Shown in pieces: positions 42,968-56,501 of a DNA stretch of 64,000 nucleotides. Position 1 is the stretch's first letter. Each line of letters begins with the position of its first letter. Position numbers and translations under genes: made by a program. The notes under the pieces are model-generated. The model made no database searches and was not told the DNA's origin. It saw only the letters and a list, made by a program, of their open reading frames with translations. The DNA lies in the NCBI GenBank assembly GCA_964016885.1, contig OZ024740.1:135222001-135286000 (forward strand). The letters run 5' to 3'. Source of the stretch: Eledone cirrhosa (taxonomy: Eukaryota).

Positions 42968-43097
42968 TAACTGTTATTCACTTTCTCTGTAGCAAGTGAT
43001 AAAGTGTTAGCAATAGGAAATTTACACAAAATGGGTTGTTGGACACTGGACAGAAGATGTTGACTTCTTGGACTCATGGCAGCCACTTAATAGACAT
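42967..43097 (-). promoter_or_regulatory. Two chained upstream ORFs in the 5' leader of the NHL gene
   Basis: uORF1 43097-43074 (MSIKWLP*) overlaps the uORF2 start as ATGA. uORF2 43077-42967 (36 aa) overlaps the main ATG as TAATG. Confidence 0.45.
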
Positions 43098-44064
43098 TGC
43101 TGAAAAATAAAATGACAAAAAGTAAGATTAAAATCTTATAAATATCATCATCATTTAACATTTGCTTTCTCTGTTGGATGGGTCTACATAGACGAAATCA
43201 GTACTGAAGTAGGGCTACTAACCTACCAGACAAGCTGAGGGATCTGCATCCTGCTTAGTCATATCAAGTGCAGAGGAGAAGTTGTGTCTTTTGACACAAA
43301 CTGAAGGATCCTCTCAACCCCTTGTTTGGCAAGCTTTTTACTGCTGGTTGCCCTTCCTAACACCAACCACTTTACAGCATGCATTGGATGCTTTTATTGT
43401 GGAGATCATCAGCACTAGGAAGCTTACCATGTCCTTGATATATCATTAAAGGGATGTTAAATGATGATGATTATATATATGTGTGTGTGTACATGTACAT
43501 ATATGCATAAAAGATTAAATCATATGATCCTTTCTAATATTTAATAGAACATGCAACATGGCAATCAATACTAAATATCTTTTTGAATAATTAAAAAAAA
43601 AAAAAGGGAAAGGTATGAAAAGAAGAATCTGGAAAGTAGAGAAATAATTAGGAAAATGGAAAATTTGGAGCTTATTTAAATCCTTAAAGCACTGAAATAA
43701 AGTGTATTAAAAAATTATATAAGCAGTCGGTAATAATGTGTGTGATGCTGTGCTTAAATCTTTATAACTTTTTACTAAAAGAAATTTTCTTAAAGGAATA
43801 TTGAAGAAATCTGAATAGCAAAATTTAATCTGCTTACATTTTCTGCCAGACATATTGACATTTAAATAAATCAAATTTCTTCTATATTTTATTTTCCTTA
43901 ATTTTTCCCCATTCTCATATTTTTTTGTTCTATTTTCATTAAAAGTTGTGTTAAAATTCTAAATATATGTTTTGGAGTGAGAATGCTAATAAAGATTAGC
44001 ATAAAATTAATATATCATTTAAGTGATTTATGGTGTTTATATATCGTGTATAGAGAATATTGTA

Positions 44065-44262
44065 TCACCAACACAACTACTCTACAGAGTAGACTGGGTG
44101 CTTTTTGTCATGCCACCAACATGATCACCTTGCAGAGTGGACTGGATGCTTCTTTGTTGTGTCACCAACATGACCACTTTACAGGGTGGACTGGATACTT
44201 TTTGTTGAATCAGAAGCATGACCACCTTACAGGATGGACTGGGTGTTCTTTTATTATCTCAC
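44065..44262. repeat. Degenerate tandem repeat of about 40-50 bp
   Basis: Four copies of catgaccactttacagagtggactggatgcttttt. Confidence 0.7.
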
Positions 44263-45399
44263 CAATCTATTGATAGGCTCTCACAAAGATTCTGTCTATT
44301 CAATTTTACACACAAAGTTTGGTTGACTAAAGGCTATGGAAGGAGACATTTGCCCAAAGTGCTGCATAGTTGGATAAAATCTGGGACCTTATGATTGGGA
44401 AGTAAGCATCTTAAACATTCAAACATGTCTGCACCAATACACATTCATACACACGCAGACAAATAAAGAGCTTCTACTATGCAGTCACTTAACCTGCTAG
44501 AAACAGCAGTGAAATCTTCTTCAAATCACACTTGATCATCTTAAACAAAGAAAGATACATTGGACAATGCAGTCCTTGATATACAAAAACATAGGATCAG
44601 GGCAGAGTTGAAGCTAAACAACATACATACATACACACACATCAAACTTTTCTAGTGATGAGCAAAATCAAATTGTTTGGATCTACCTATTCTTTCTGTC
44701 ATCATCATCATCATGTTTTGTATCTGTTTTCCAAGCTGACATTGATAGAAGTTTTTCAGGTAGAAAATTCTACATCTAAATATCGATTTCTGATGCCAAC
44801 CCTAATGTATGGATTTTCAACCCTAATATACGCCTATCCATTGAGCACTGTTTATGTGGAATGCAAACAAATATCACTGTCTATGATGCCAAATACAAAA
44901 AGAAGAGGCAAGACAGGCACACAGACATACACACACATATATATGATGTGCTTCCTTGAAGTTTCTGTCTACCAAATTCAGTTTTTTTTCTGTCTCTAAG
45001 GATAATTTACCCAATTTTCTCAACTATCGTTTATAGTGATCAACTGCTATTACATCTATTTTCTGCATTTGGAGCATTCACATTTCATGGAACAGTAAAA
45101 ATGCATAAAACATTCAAGAAATTTAGCATATAATAACTGCAAATACACACATATAAATATAGACACATATGTATATGTGCACATACAACTCAAAATATTG
45201 AAATCGACAAATGCAATGGCACCCATACCTTCACACACAAAAATACATACTGACTGACATACATAATAACATAGTTGATGTCTAATTCCAATGTAAGAGT
45301 CTTGTCCATGTGTTAGAAACAAGCTCTCTCTATGAGAAATTAACGACAAAAATAACCAGAAGAACATACATACATTTATACACACATTCATGTCTTCCA

Positions 45400-45720
45400 T
45401 CTTAGCACGCCATCGGTTATGACGATGAGTGTTCCAGTTGACACGAACAATGGAACAGCCTGCTCATGAAATTAACATGCAAGTGGAGCATTCCACAAAC
45501 ATACCTTTAACGTAGTTCTCAGAGAGATTTGGCATGACATAGAATTTAACAAAGCTGGCCCTTCGAATTACAGGTACAACTTATTTTTGTCAGCTGAGTG
45601 AACTGGAGCAATGTGAAATAAAGTGTCTTGCTCAAGGACACAACGTGCCATCAGGAATCGAACTCACAACTTTACGATTGTGAGCCAAATACCCTAACCA
45701 CAAAGCCATGCACCTTCACA
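45400..45720 (-). mobile_element. SINE family C (tRNA head with CORE-like tgtccttgagcaagacactttatttcac)
   Basis: Other copies at 38070-38190(+), 46275-46492(-) and 48722-49190(+). Confidence 0.75.
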
Positions 45721-46519
45721 TATACATTCATATGTATATTTCAATATTCCAGCAACAATAACAACAGCATCAGCGACCACCATCACGACTGCCACTACTA
45801 CATTAACCACACTGACAAAACAAAACATTAGTTGATAGCAAAAACAAAGACAAACAAGCCAACATAGAGAGAATCAATCAATGTATCAATTGATCTATTT
45901 TATATAAAATGCACTAGGTGCCAAGTAAATGTGAGAAAATAACGATGAAAAAATATCTGAATCTCTTGATTTTTACAAAAAAGGAAATTATCAACTCCAC
46001 AACAGCTTATGGTTCAGAGAACTTGTATTGCTCTTTCACAAAGATCACATGCCTTAAAAGTTAAAAGAGAATTATGAAAGAAACCCTCTCGCTAAACAAA
46101 TGTAGATTTGCATACACAAACAAATATGTGTGTGTATGTATATGTGTAAGTGTGCATGTGTGTGTGGGTGGCGTATATATGTGTTTTGGGTGTGATAATG
46201 AATGAACCAGTTGTTTGAATAACAAATCAGCCTGCTTGAAAAATTTTGCAAGAGGCTGAGCATCCTACTGATACATAACGTAGTTTTCAGGGAGATTCAC
46301 TGTGACACAGTGTGTGTTGTGACAAGGCTGACCTTTTAAATTACAGGTGCAACTCATTTTTGCCAGCTTAGTGAACTGGTGCAACATGAAATAAAGAGTC
46401 TTGCTCAAGCACATACTATGATGCTGGGAATTAAACTCATGACCTTCCAATCGTAAGCTGAATATCCTAACCACTAACCCATACACTTGCACATGTGTGT
46501 GTATATATTTTGGGAGCTG

Positions 46520-47180
46520 AGTGGTCTTGACAAGAGGGAGTGTGGCCAGTTCACCATGCTGTACCTTACTCATAGTGGGACTATGTTTTAGGTGGGTTTT
46601 TACAGTTGTTGGATGCCCTTCCTAACACCAATCATGTCTACATTCATGAAGCAAGTCTGCCAGTTGGTTGCACAGTACTTTGCTCTTTAACGTGACCCTA
46701 TTTCGACTGGGTTTTTATGGCTGCTGGAAGCTTTTCCTAACACCAACCACATTTACAGTGTGGTACCTTTATGGGCAGGTCTGGCCTGTTGGCTGTGCCA
46801 TACCTTGCTCATGGTGGAACTGTGTTTTGGCTGGGTCTTTACAACTGTTGGATGCCTCTCCTAAACCTCAGCCATGTTTACAGTGTGGAATTGGGTAGTT
46901 CTGTTATGAAGAGGGTCTGGCCAGCTGGCCACACCGTACCTTGCTCATAGCACACGGTATTTTGGAGCTGGATGGTCCCATTATGAGGAAGGTCTGGCCA
47001 GTTGGCTGAGCCATACCTTACTCAACTGTATTTTGGGTGGGTTTTTATGGTTGCTGGATGCCCTTCCTAATACCAACCATATTTATAGTGTGGGACTGGG
47101 TGATCCTGTTATGAGGCAAGTTTGGCTAGTTGGCTACGCCATACCTTGCTCATAGTGGACCTGCATTTTGGCTGGGTTTT
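46520..47180 (-). repeat. Degenerate tandem array (about 120-130-bp unit, about 5 copies) derived from an RTE 3'-UTR-like module
   Basis: Recurrent tctggccagttggct..ccataccttgctcat..ggatgcccttcctaacaccaacc. Confidence 0.7.
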
Positions 47181-47255
47181 GACAAATAAATAATGAATAA
47201 TGACTAATGAATAATGACCAAGGAATAATGAGCAATGACTAATAATTAATGAATA

Positions 47256-47436
47256 ATTGTTTCTACTTTTGGCACAAGGCCAGCAATTACCCAGTGCATT
47301 ACTGGTACTTTATTTTATCGACCCCGTAAGGATGAAAGGCAAAGTTAACTTCGGCGGGATTTGAACTCAGATCATACAGGGAGGTAACTCTATGCTTCAA
47401 AGCATGGCGTCCGACACTCTACCGATACTGCCATTC
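47256..47436 (-). mobile_element. SINE family A inserted in an AATGAATAATGACT-like minisatellite
   Basis: Same consensus; TSD aatgaataat. Confidence 0.85.
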
Positions 47437-48903
47437 CAATGAATAATGACAAATAATTAATGACTAATGATTAATGATTAATGATTGATGAATAATGCGT
47501 AAAGGCTAATGAATAATCTATTTTTTAAAATATCAAGTACCCAGTTATCCAGTTGGATAATGGTCTTACTATATGAGTGTGTCTGTGTACATTTTTATGT
47601 GTGTATGTATGGACCCGTAACTTCTGAGAATCATAGGGGTGCCATATTGACATGTTTCTAGAGCATCTTTTAACCTGGAGGAGCCCATCTCTTCTCCAGG
47701 TCTGAATACAGCAAATGTCTTCCAGAGAAGGATAGAGAGTGAGAGAAAGGAAATGAGAAAGAGATATAGAGGAAGAATTGTCTTGAGTAATGAAAAAGTA
47801 ATGTCTTAACAACAAACACCAACCAAGAGTAATTGTACCAAACATCATAAATAAAAGATACTCATCTAACATGCAGCATCCATGTCTTTTTCTGCACCCC
47901 ACCCCATGTCTTGTGTAGGGGGAGAGAAAAAATATATGTATGTATGAATACATTAATATATGTCAGTGTATTTGTGTAGAATAAAATATAATATAATATT
48001 AAATTATTTGGCACTGTAACTGATTGATATCTGCACTATATCTATGAAATATATTACTAATGATTTTGGTAGCAAGCCACTATTTAAGGTATGGCAGTTT
48101 AGTCAATTTAAATTCTTCCCCACACTTCTTAACTGCTACTTATTTTATATCAATCCTGGATTCTTGCAAGGCAAAAATCAATCTCACTGGAATTTGGATG
48201 TACAATGTAAAGGGATGTAACTAGATAGCATAGTGCATTTAATTTATAAATTTTTTGTTTCCACCTCTCACCTAGTCTATAAAGCATAATTAGCTCTTCA
48301 TATCCTGTAATGATTTAGCAGAAAATATCTGAAAATGAATTTTTAAATTCAAATGCTTAGAGTATATTTACATAGTGTTATTTTGTACCTTTGAAGAATG
48401 TCTTGCAAATGGTGTTCCATATTAAGGGCATTAAGAGATATAATATCTACTAAAGATATAAGATAAAAAAATAAGAATAACTATATTTCACTAATATGTT
48501 TTCATGTAGTGCTTCACATGGCCACAGTTGAAATGAGTAAAGTAATTTTATATATATGGTCTAGTATTTTCTCCTCAGTAGCATATGTATCATATATCAC
48601 TTTGAACAGGATGTTGGTCTATCACAGGTCAGTTTTCCTAGAAACAGAGTAGAACTGAGCATTGTAAGCAAATGAAGCAGTTTCACACCAAGACTAAGAA
48701 TATTTGAATACATGTAATATATGAAGGCAAATGATTTAGTGGTTAGAGTGTTCAAGATAGAGCAGTGTGTCATTGAGCAAGACACTTTATTTCATGCTGT
48801 TCCAGTTCACTTAGCTGGATCAAATGACTTGTACCTGTATTTCCAAAAAAGAACCAGCCATTTTATGCACTGTCACACTGAGTTTTTCTAAGAATTGTGT
48901 TAA

Positions 48904-49094
48904 CCCTTTAGCATTTAAACCGGCTGTATCCGGTCAGAATTCTGTTCACCCGGCTGTAACTGGCCACTCATACTGATGTTAACGTATTGTTCTCAAAATA
49001 GATATAAAAATCTCATAGATTTGATATTATGTGAGATAAAGCCTTTACCACCAAATTACAATAGTAAATATAAAGTAATGTAAATGCTAAAGGG
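48904..49094. mobile_element. piggyBac-like MITE with TTAA TSD, nested in SINE C
   Basis: TTAA-CCCTTTAGCATTTA...TAAATGCTAAAGGG-TTAA. The flanks rejoin into the SINE C sequence (compare the empty site near 45507). Confidence 0.9.
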
Positions 49095-49685
49095 TTAAGA
49101 GTACAAGTGTTTGTGAAGTACTCAGCCACTTGCATGTTTATTTCATGAGCATGCCATTCTGTAGATCAAACAACTGGAACTGACAGATGCCCAACAACAA
49201 CATTATAACAGTATATGTTATAATACACTATAACATATACTGTGCAGTGTACTGCATAATTAATAATAGTTTCTGGATGTCATAGTATGTTTATAAGATG
49301 ACTATGCCCTAATGTAAGTTCAAATCCAGTTGAGATCAACCTTGCCTGTCAAGGAGTTGATAAAATAAAGTACCAGACCAAGGCAATAGATTTGAAGAAA
49401 TCTTAGAGCAATGGACGGCATTATTTGTTCTGGCTATTTGCATTCAGAATGATAGACTTAATTTGTCACTCAGCATTACACCATTACTTGGACTTTGAGT
49501 GCTTTTGGCAGAGTCCACTCTGTTTCAAGATTTAGACCAGGTCTCTCTTTTGAGGATACCTTCTTCCTACCAATTTTTGAGGCACTGCCACTTTCTTCTA
49601 TCATTAACAGCCCCCCCCCCCCCCCCCCCACACACACACACAAAGAAAAGAAAAGTATATGTGTGTAAGCAAGTGACTTAGTTAT

Positions 49686-49801
49686 AATTGTTTCTAATGT
49701 TGGCACAAGGCCAGCAATTACCCAGTGCATTGCTGGTACTTTATTTTATTGACCCCGTAAGGATGAAAGGCAAAGTTAACCTCAGCGGGATTTGAACTCA
49801 G
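49686..49801 (-). mobile_element. SINE family A, 5'-truncated
   Basis: 18-bp TSD aagtgacttagttataat at 49671-88 and 49802-19. Confidence 0.85.
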
Positions 49802-50069
49802 AAGTGACTTAGTTATAATGGTTGGCTGAATGAGAATCTAAGCAGATCTGAAATGATAACAGATCAGTCCCTGATCTTAAGCTCTCATTAACATATTTTA
49901 ACCCCAAAACAATCTTCATAGCATAGTTAAGAGAGAGAGAGAGGGGGATGATAGGGTAGAAGATATCAAATTACCATTTCCCAAACAAATCTAGGACAAA
50001 GTAGTTGTCATGTGACACATGCATTTTATCACATACACACACATATACATGAAACAGGTGTTGTGTTGA

Positions 50070-50267
50070 CCCTTTAGCATTTAAATTACTCTATATATAC
50101 TATTGTATTTTCACAGTAAACACTTTATCTCACATAATATCGAATCTATGAGATTTTGATATTATTTATTTTGAGAACAATACCTTAACATAAGTATGAG
50201 CAGCTGGTTTAAACAGGAAGAGGTGAGAGAATTCTGGTTGGATACAGCCAGTTTAAATGTTAAAGGG
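50070..50267. mobile_element. piggyBac-like MITE, opposite orientation
   Basis: ttga-CCCTTTAGCATTTAAA...TTTAAATGTTAAAGGG-ttaa. Confidence 0.85.
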
Positions 50268-51779
50268 TTAAACACATAGTCCAAATTCTCCCCAATCTCC
50301 AACACCAGAACTGTATCGCAGCAAGACTTTAACCATGTCAAGGATTTAATTCTCTACCTCGCGATTAATTAACCTGCAACAATGTAAACTGAACATTATT
50401 AAGTTTACACATAATTATCCCCTACTGTCACCCCATCTCTGTATTGATTAGGCAGCAAGAATTAAAATAAAATATTAGTCTTACTGCTTCACTCAGTTAT
50501 TCCTTTGGTCCATACCTAATGAGTACTGCTTCTCATCTACAGTCTAATGAATAAGATAGAATGGATAGATGGACAGACAGAGAAGAAATAGATTGAGAGA
50601 CATAGAAATAGAGAGGGATATAGGTAGATGAATAGATAGATATGTAGGAGATATAGAGAGATAAATGGATAGACAGAGATAGTTGCATGCATGCGTGGTC
50701 CAATAACTCCTGAGGGTGTTGTAGGAGAGCTGATTTATATGTGGTGTTTTTAGGACATTTTTAAACCTGGAGAAGCCCATCTCTTCTCCAGGTCTAATAC
50801 AGAAGATTTCTTCCAGAGAAGAATAAAGAGTGAGAGAATGGAAGTGAGAAAGAGATATAGAGGAAGAATCGACTCCAGTACCAGATTGATACTTATTTTT
50901 ATCATACCTCAAACGGATGAAAAGCAAAGTTGACCTTAGACAGACATACAGACAGATAGATAGAGATAGATAATCATCATCATCATCATCTTCATTTAAC
51001 GTCCATCTTCCACGCTAGCATGGGTTAGATGGGATAAATGGATGGATAGATAGATAGATAGATAGATACATACATACATAGATGTATATAGAGATAGATA
51101 AACAGAGATAAATATGTATACAACAAAGATAAACAACACAGGAGGTGGGGGAGAACAATACAGTACAATCATGGTATATATTAGTTTAGCTTAATATAGG
51201 AAGAAAAGAGATTATCTCTGACAAGACTAAAGAGTGCCCTCATCCTCCCTACCCTATGTTGTCTCCATTCCTTTCTTTTTGGTGTGATATTTTTCTGCTG
51301 GCTGTCCTTCCTGACATATACCACATTACAATGGGAACTCAGTGCATTTCAATGTTCCAATGGCAATAAGGACAGATTATGTTTGACAAGATTAAAGAGA
51401 ACTCACTGTGGGTGCAGCATAGTCAAATGGTTAAGATGTTTGCTTCACAATCAGGAGGTTTTGGGTCATGAACTAGTGTCTTTTATCACAGTATCTGATA
51501 GACGGAAGCCTTGTGAAATTAGGTTAGGCAGAAACTGATGGGAAGCTAAATGGATGGACAATACCTGTAATTCAAGGGTGAGCTATATCATACTCTGGGA
51601 CACACAGAATATCATTGAAAATTACATAAAGCATACACATTTGTGAAATACGCAGCTATTTACAAATTAATTTAACAAAGTAGCCACTTTGTTGATTGAA
51701 CAACTGGGACACATTCCTTTTAAAGAGACTTCTCTACTTCACATTTTTACTATATATAGTCATTCTATTCCCTTATATA

Positions 51780-51855
51780 CAGGGTGTCCCCAAAATGTAT
51801 ACATACATCTATTAGAATGCTGCTGAGTGTGTATACATGTTTTGGGGACACACTG
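51780..51855. mobile_element. 76-bp Tc1/mariner-type MITE
   Basis: TA-CAGGGTGTCCCCAAAA...TTTTGGGGACACACTG-TA. Confidence 0.75.
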
Positions 51856-51878
51856 TATATATATATATATATATATAT

Positions 51879-53946
51879 GAGGAGAATAAATGGGAGAAAG
51901 ACAGTCTCCCCCACATCGACCCAATAGAGGGACCAGCAGTGCAAGTTGAAGGTAGTATAATAAGTAAGGCGATCAAAGATATGAAGACAGGCAAGGTGGC
52001 TGGGCCTTCGGAAATAGTTGCTGAAATGCTGAAAGCATCTGGAACGGTGGGACACACTATGGTCACCCGGATAGTAAACCAAGTCATACAGAATGGGGCC
52101 GTTCCGAAGGACCATTAACTGCTACAGAGGTAAAGGAGATGCCCTAGATAGGGGTAACTATAGAGGCATTAAATTAATCGACCAGGTCATGAAGGTCACA
52201 GAAAAAGTAATAGTGCAACTAATCAGAGAACGAATTGATCTAGATGAAATGCAGTTCGGGTTTGTGTCAGGTAAAAGTACCACAGACGCTCTTTTCCTTG
52301 TACGACAACTACAGGAGAAGTACCTAGCTAAAAGTAAACCCCTATACTTAGCTTTTGTTGACTTGGAGAAAGCCTTTGACAGAGTCCCCCGCTCCATTAT
52401 CTGGTGGGCGCTTAGAAAACTAGGTGTTGATGAATGGCTTGTGAGAGCTATACAAGCCATGTATAAAGAAACAGTCAGCAAGGTTAGAATTAACAACGAA
52501 TATAGTGAAGAGTTTAGCGTAAAAGTTGGTGTTCATCAGGGCTCCGTTCTTATCCCCCTACTATTTATTATTGCCCTTCAGGCTATAACAGAGGAGTTCA
52601 AGACCGGCTGCCCATGGGAACTCCTATATGCAGATGATCTAATGCTCATAGCTGAATCAATGGCTGAACTAGAGAAAAAATTCTAAACATGGAAGCATGG
52701 CCTAGAATCAAAAGGCCTTAAAGTTAACTTGTCTAAGACTAAAGTTCTAGTTTGTAGGAAGGAAAATAGGGCACCGGTCCCATCTGGGAAATGGCCATGC
52801 TCAGTGTGTAGGAAAGGAGTAGGCAGAAACTCCATTTTATGTCCCAAATGCAAAGTATGGGTGCATAAAAGATGTAGTGGGATCACAGGTAAGCTAACTA
52901 AGAATATAGATTTTATATGTGGCCGGTGCTCTGGTGCAATAAGTAGCAGCAAGTGCCCACAGAATACTAGCTCATTCCATTGCACAGATGGTTCTATAGA
53001 AATAGTGGACACCTTCCGTTACCTGGGTGACAAAATCAACAGTGGGGGAGGGTGCTCTGAAAGTACAGTAGCTAGAGTCAGAACGGGATGGAAAAAGTTC
53101 AGAGAGCTTATACCACTATTGGCCGCTAAAAATGAAAGGCAGGCTGTATGATGCCTGCATACGAACAGCAATGTTACATGGCAGTGAGACCTGGGCATTG
53201 TGTGCAGAGGATATACGCAGACTGGAGAGAAATAAAGCTTGCATGCTCCGCTGGATGTGTAATAGTAATATACGATAACGGCAAAGCATAAACGAACTAA
53301 GGGAGAAATTAGGAATAAGAGGGATCAGATGTTGTTTACTTGAGAGAAGACTACGTTGGTACGGTCACGTGATGCGCATGAAAGACGACAGCTGTATAAA
53401 AAAGTGCAGGGCGATAAAAATAGACGGTAGCCATGGAGTAGGCAGACCCAGAAAAACCTGAGACGACTTGATAAATTCCGACCTCACACACACCTCTCCA
53501 AGACAATGTCACTGGACCGAGATCTCTGACGCTACACAGTCATACAGAAGACCCGCCTTGCCTAAGTACAAAGCGAAACCTACACTCAGTAGGCACCTCT
53601 AACAAAATACATCCCCGTCCCACTACCCCCACCCCATCCACACCACCCTCTTAAATGTGAAGTTATGTTGGCACCACAACATTCAGTCCGAAACAAATGA
53701 GGTCGTGTAGGTGTCATGACAAAAAAAACACACAGTCCACGCTGTAATGTGGCCGTGTAGGTAATACGGTAAAAACCTCCCAGTCCACACTGTAAACGTG
53801 GTTGGTGTTAGGAAGGGCATCCAGCCGTAGAAAACCCGCCAGACAGTCCTATACGAGCAGGACAACCAATCTTGCCTCAAGTGGGAAAACTCCCGTCCAA
53901 ACCCATGCAAGCGTGGAAGATGGACGTTAAACGATGATGATGATGA

Positions 53947-53948
<2 letters not shown>
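51879..53948 (+). mobile_element. 5'-truncated RTE LINE (RT, PHD and long 3' UTR) flanked by (TA)n
   Basis: ORF pieces 52093-52686 (QFGF, DLEKAFD, GVHQGS, YADD) and 52729-53151 (CSVC..CPKC..HKRC..CGRC, FRYLG); several stops; (GAT)n tail. Confidence 0.95.
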
Positions 53949-53984
<36 letters not shown>

Positions 53985-54499
53985 CATATAAATAAGACCA
54001 ACAGACAGAGACAAAGCAAAACAGAAAAAGTAAAACATTATTGTCAATAATAAAAAAAATAATGTCTATCATATAATATAGTGTTTACCAGACAGTGAGA
54101 ATGGAGAATGGAAAATGAAAAATGTAATAATGAAGTTGATATCATAATAGAAAAAAAACTACAAAAATAGAAAAAAGAGATTAATATAGAATATGGACAG
54201 AGAAGGAACAAGCTACAGGTGATTTCTCTACAATAATAGTTCAGCATAAAACGACCTTATATAACGAATCAGAACTCAGATCTTTGATTGATTTATTTCC
54301 TTTTATAGACATTGATCTTTTCTTGAACAAAACTTATCTTCTAATTCATTGAAAATATATATTTATATATAAATCTTTCCCCTGTGTATGTGTGTGTATA
54401 TATATACATCTGTCTGTCTATCTATCTATCTATCAGTATATATATCAGATGGACCCAACAAAGGGCGCAGCTGTACAAGTCAGCAGCAGTGTATTAAGT

Positions 54500-55365
54500 A
54501 AGGATTAACAAGGACTATAGCGAGGAATTTAGTGTGCAGGTTGGTGTCCACTAGGGCTCTGTTCTTAGCCTTCTACTGCTTATTATCGTACTGCAGGCTA
54601 TAACAGAGGAGTTTAAGATTGGTTGCTTATGGACATTCCTGTATGTAGAGGATCTAACACTCATAGCTGGGTCTATGGCAGAATTAGAGAAGAAATCCAA
54701 ACCTGGAAGCATGGCCTAGAATCAAAGGATTTTTAAGTCAATCTGACAATGACTAAGGTCCTAGTAAGTAGAAGAGAAAACATAGCCCTGATTAACTCAA
54801 AGAAATGGCCTTGCTCACTGTGTAGGAAAGGTGTAGGTAGAAATTTCATCCTCTGTCCCAAATGCAAACTATGGGTACACAAGAGATGTAGTGGGATCTC
54901 AGGTAGTTTAGCTTAAAGTGTAGGCTTTACATGTAGCTGTTGTACTGGAGCAGTAAGTAACAAACAACCACAGGAAACAAGCACTAACAAATTCTGAGAA
55001 GGTTCGGTAGAAGCAGTAGACAGCTTCTGTTACCTAGGTGACCAAATTAGCAGCAGGTGTGGGTGTTCTGAAAGTACAGTAGCCAGGGTGAGAACGAGAT
55101 GGAGAAAGTTCAGGGAACTACTACCACTGCTAACTACAAAAGGTTTTTCCCTCAAAATGAAGGGCAGATTATATGATGCATGTATACGAACAGTAATGGT
55201 GGATGGTAGTGAGACCTGATCACTGTGTACAGAGACCTGTGAAGATTGGAAAGAAATGAAGCCTGCATGCACTAATAGATATGTAATAGTAATATACATG
55301 AATGGCAAAGCATAAATGAATTGCGAGAGAAACTAGGCGTAAGAGGAGGAATCAGATGCAGTGTG
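54500..55365 (+). mobile_element. Older RTE LINE fragment (RT and PHD)
   Basis: Homologous to about 52480-53330 with many stops. Confidence 0.85.
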
Positions 55366-56483
55366 TTGACTTAAATTTGATTCCCGAGACTGTCTTCCAT
55401 GTGTGAGAATAGGAAGAAGTCATTAGGAACTAGGTAGGGGCTATAGGGTGGGTGTTGTACCCCTTTCATTCCCCTGTTTGTCATCCAAGTGGTCTCTAGA
55501 ATTGGTTTGTAGCATGGGGCATTGTCCTGGTGGAACCACCACTCTCCACTCCTACGTCCTTTTTTCCCTCATTTTCTCTCTCCCTGAACCTTTTCAGAAA
55601 TTCAAAGTAATACTCCTTATTGATAGTTTGGCCCTCAGGAACCCATTCAATGTGAATTAGCCCCTGGTACTCAAAGAAAGAAATGACCATGGCCTTCACT
55701 TGCAAACTGCCCAACATTGACATCTGGAGGAGGAAACATGCTTAAACTGGGCACTCTGACATTTGCTCTCAGGTTCATAGGTGAACATCCATCTCTCATG
55801 GTGAACATCCAACTCTCATCACAAGTCACTACTTTATTTAGGAAACCAGAATCAGCCTCTATCATATCAAGAATGTCAGTGCAATATTCCATATGAAACT
55901 GCTTCCGATTGTCAGAAAGGATTTTTTGCATGCACTTGGCACTTTGTGGAGCTCCAGAACTTTGGTCAAAATTGTCTCCATTATGCCAATTCTAATACCA
56001 ATAGTTTCCAATATCATTCTCACAGTAGCTCAATGATCTTGCATCACTAACTTTTGCACTTCCTCAGTTTTCCTCCTTTTGAGCACTGTTCGGTGTTCCA
56101 GATCTGTATTCTTCTTCAACCTGTTGATTCCCTTCACAAAAATCATTTAAATAATCCGTAGAAATTTGTTTTGCTCATCAATTCACCCCCAAAGGTCTCC
56201 GCTAACATTTCTTAGGTTTCTTGTTTGGCCTTCTTAGTTTAACAGAAAATTTGATGGCACAATGTTGCTCCATATTTCCCTACATCATGCCACATGTTGA
56301 CAAATCGGTGAATTGGATCACACTGATTCCACCACATAGACTGCTGTGCTTCAACCTAGGCAGATGGGAAGTTGCCAGTTAATCACTTTATGTATTATAT
56401 GTAAGTCTAATTCACCATGAAGTAGCATTCTAATTGGATAATGCGTCTCCTGAAATTTTCTCATTACTTATTGAACATACCTG
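55366..56483 (-). mobile_element. Degenerate mariner transposon, 3'-truncated
   Basis: FLNKVVTCDESWMF; MVISFFEYQGLIHIEWVPEGQTINKEYY; LVPNDFFLF; TIR-like CAGGTATGTTCAATAAGTAATGA at the 56483 end. Confidence 0.85.
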
Positions 56484-56501
56484 GCACACACACACACACA
56501 C

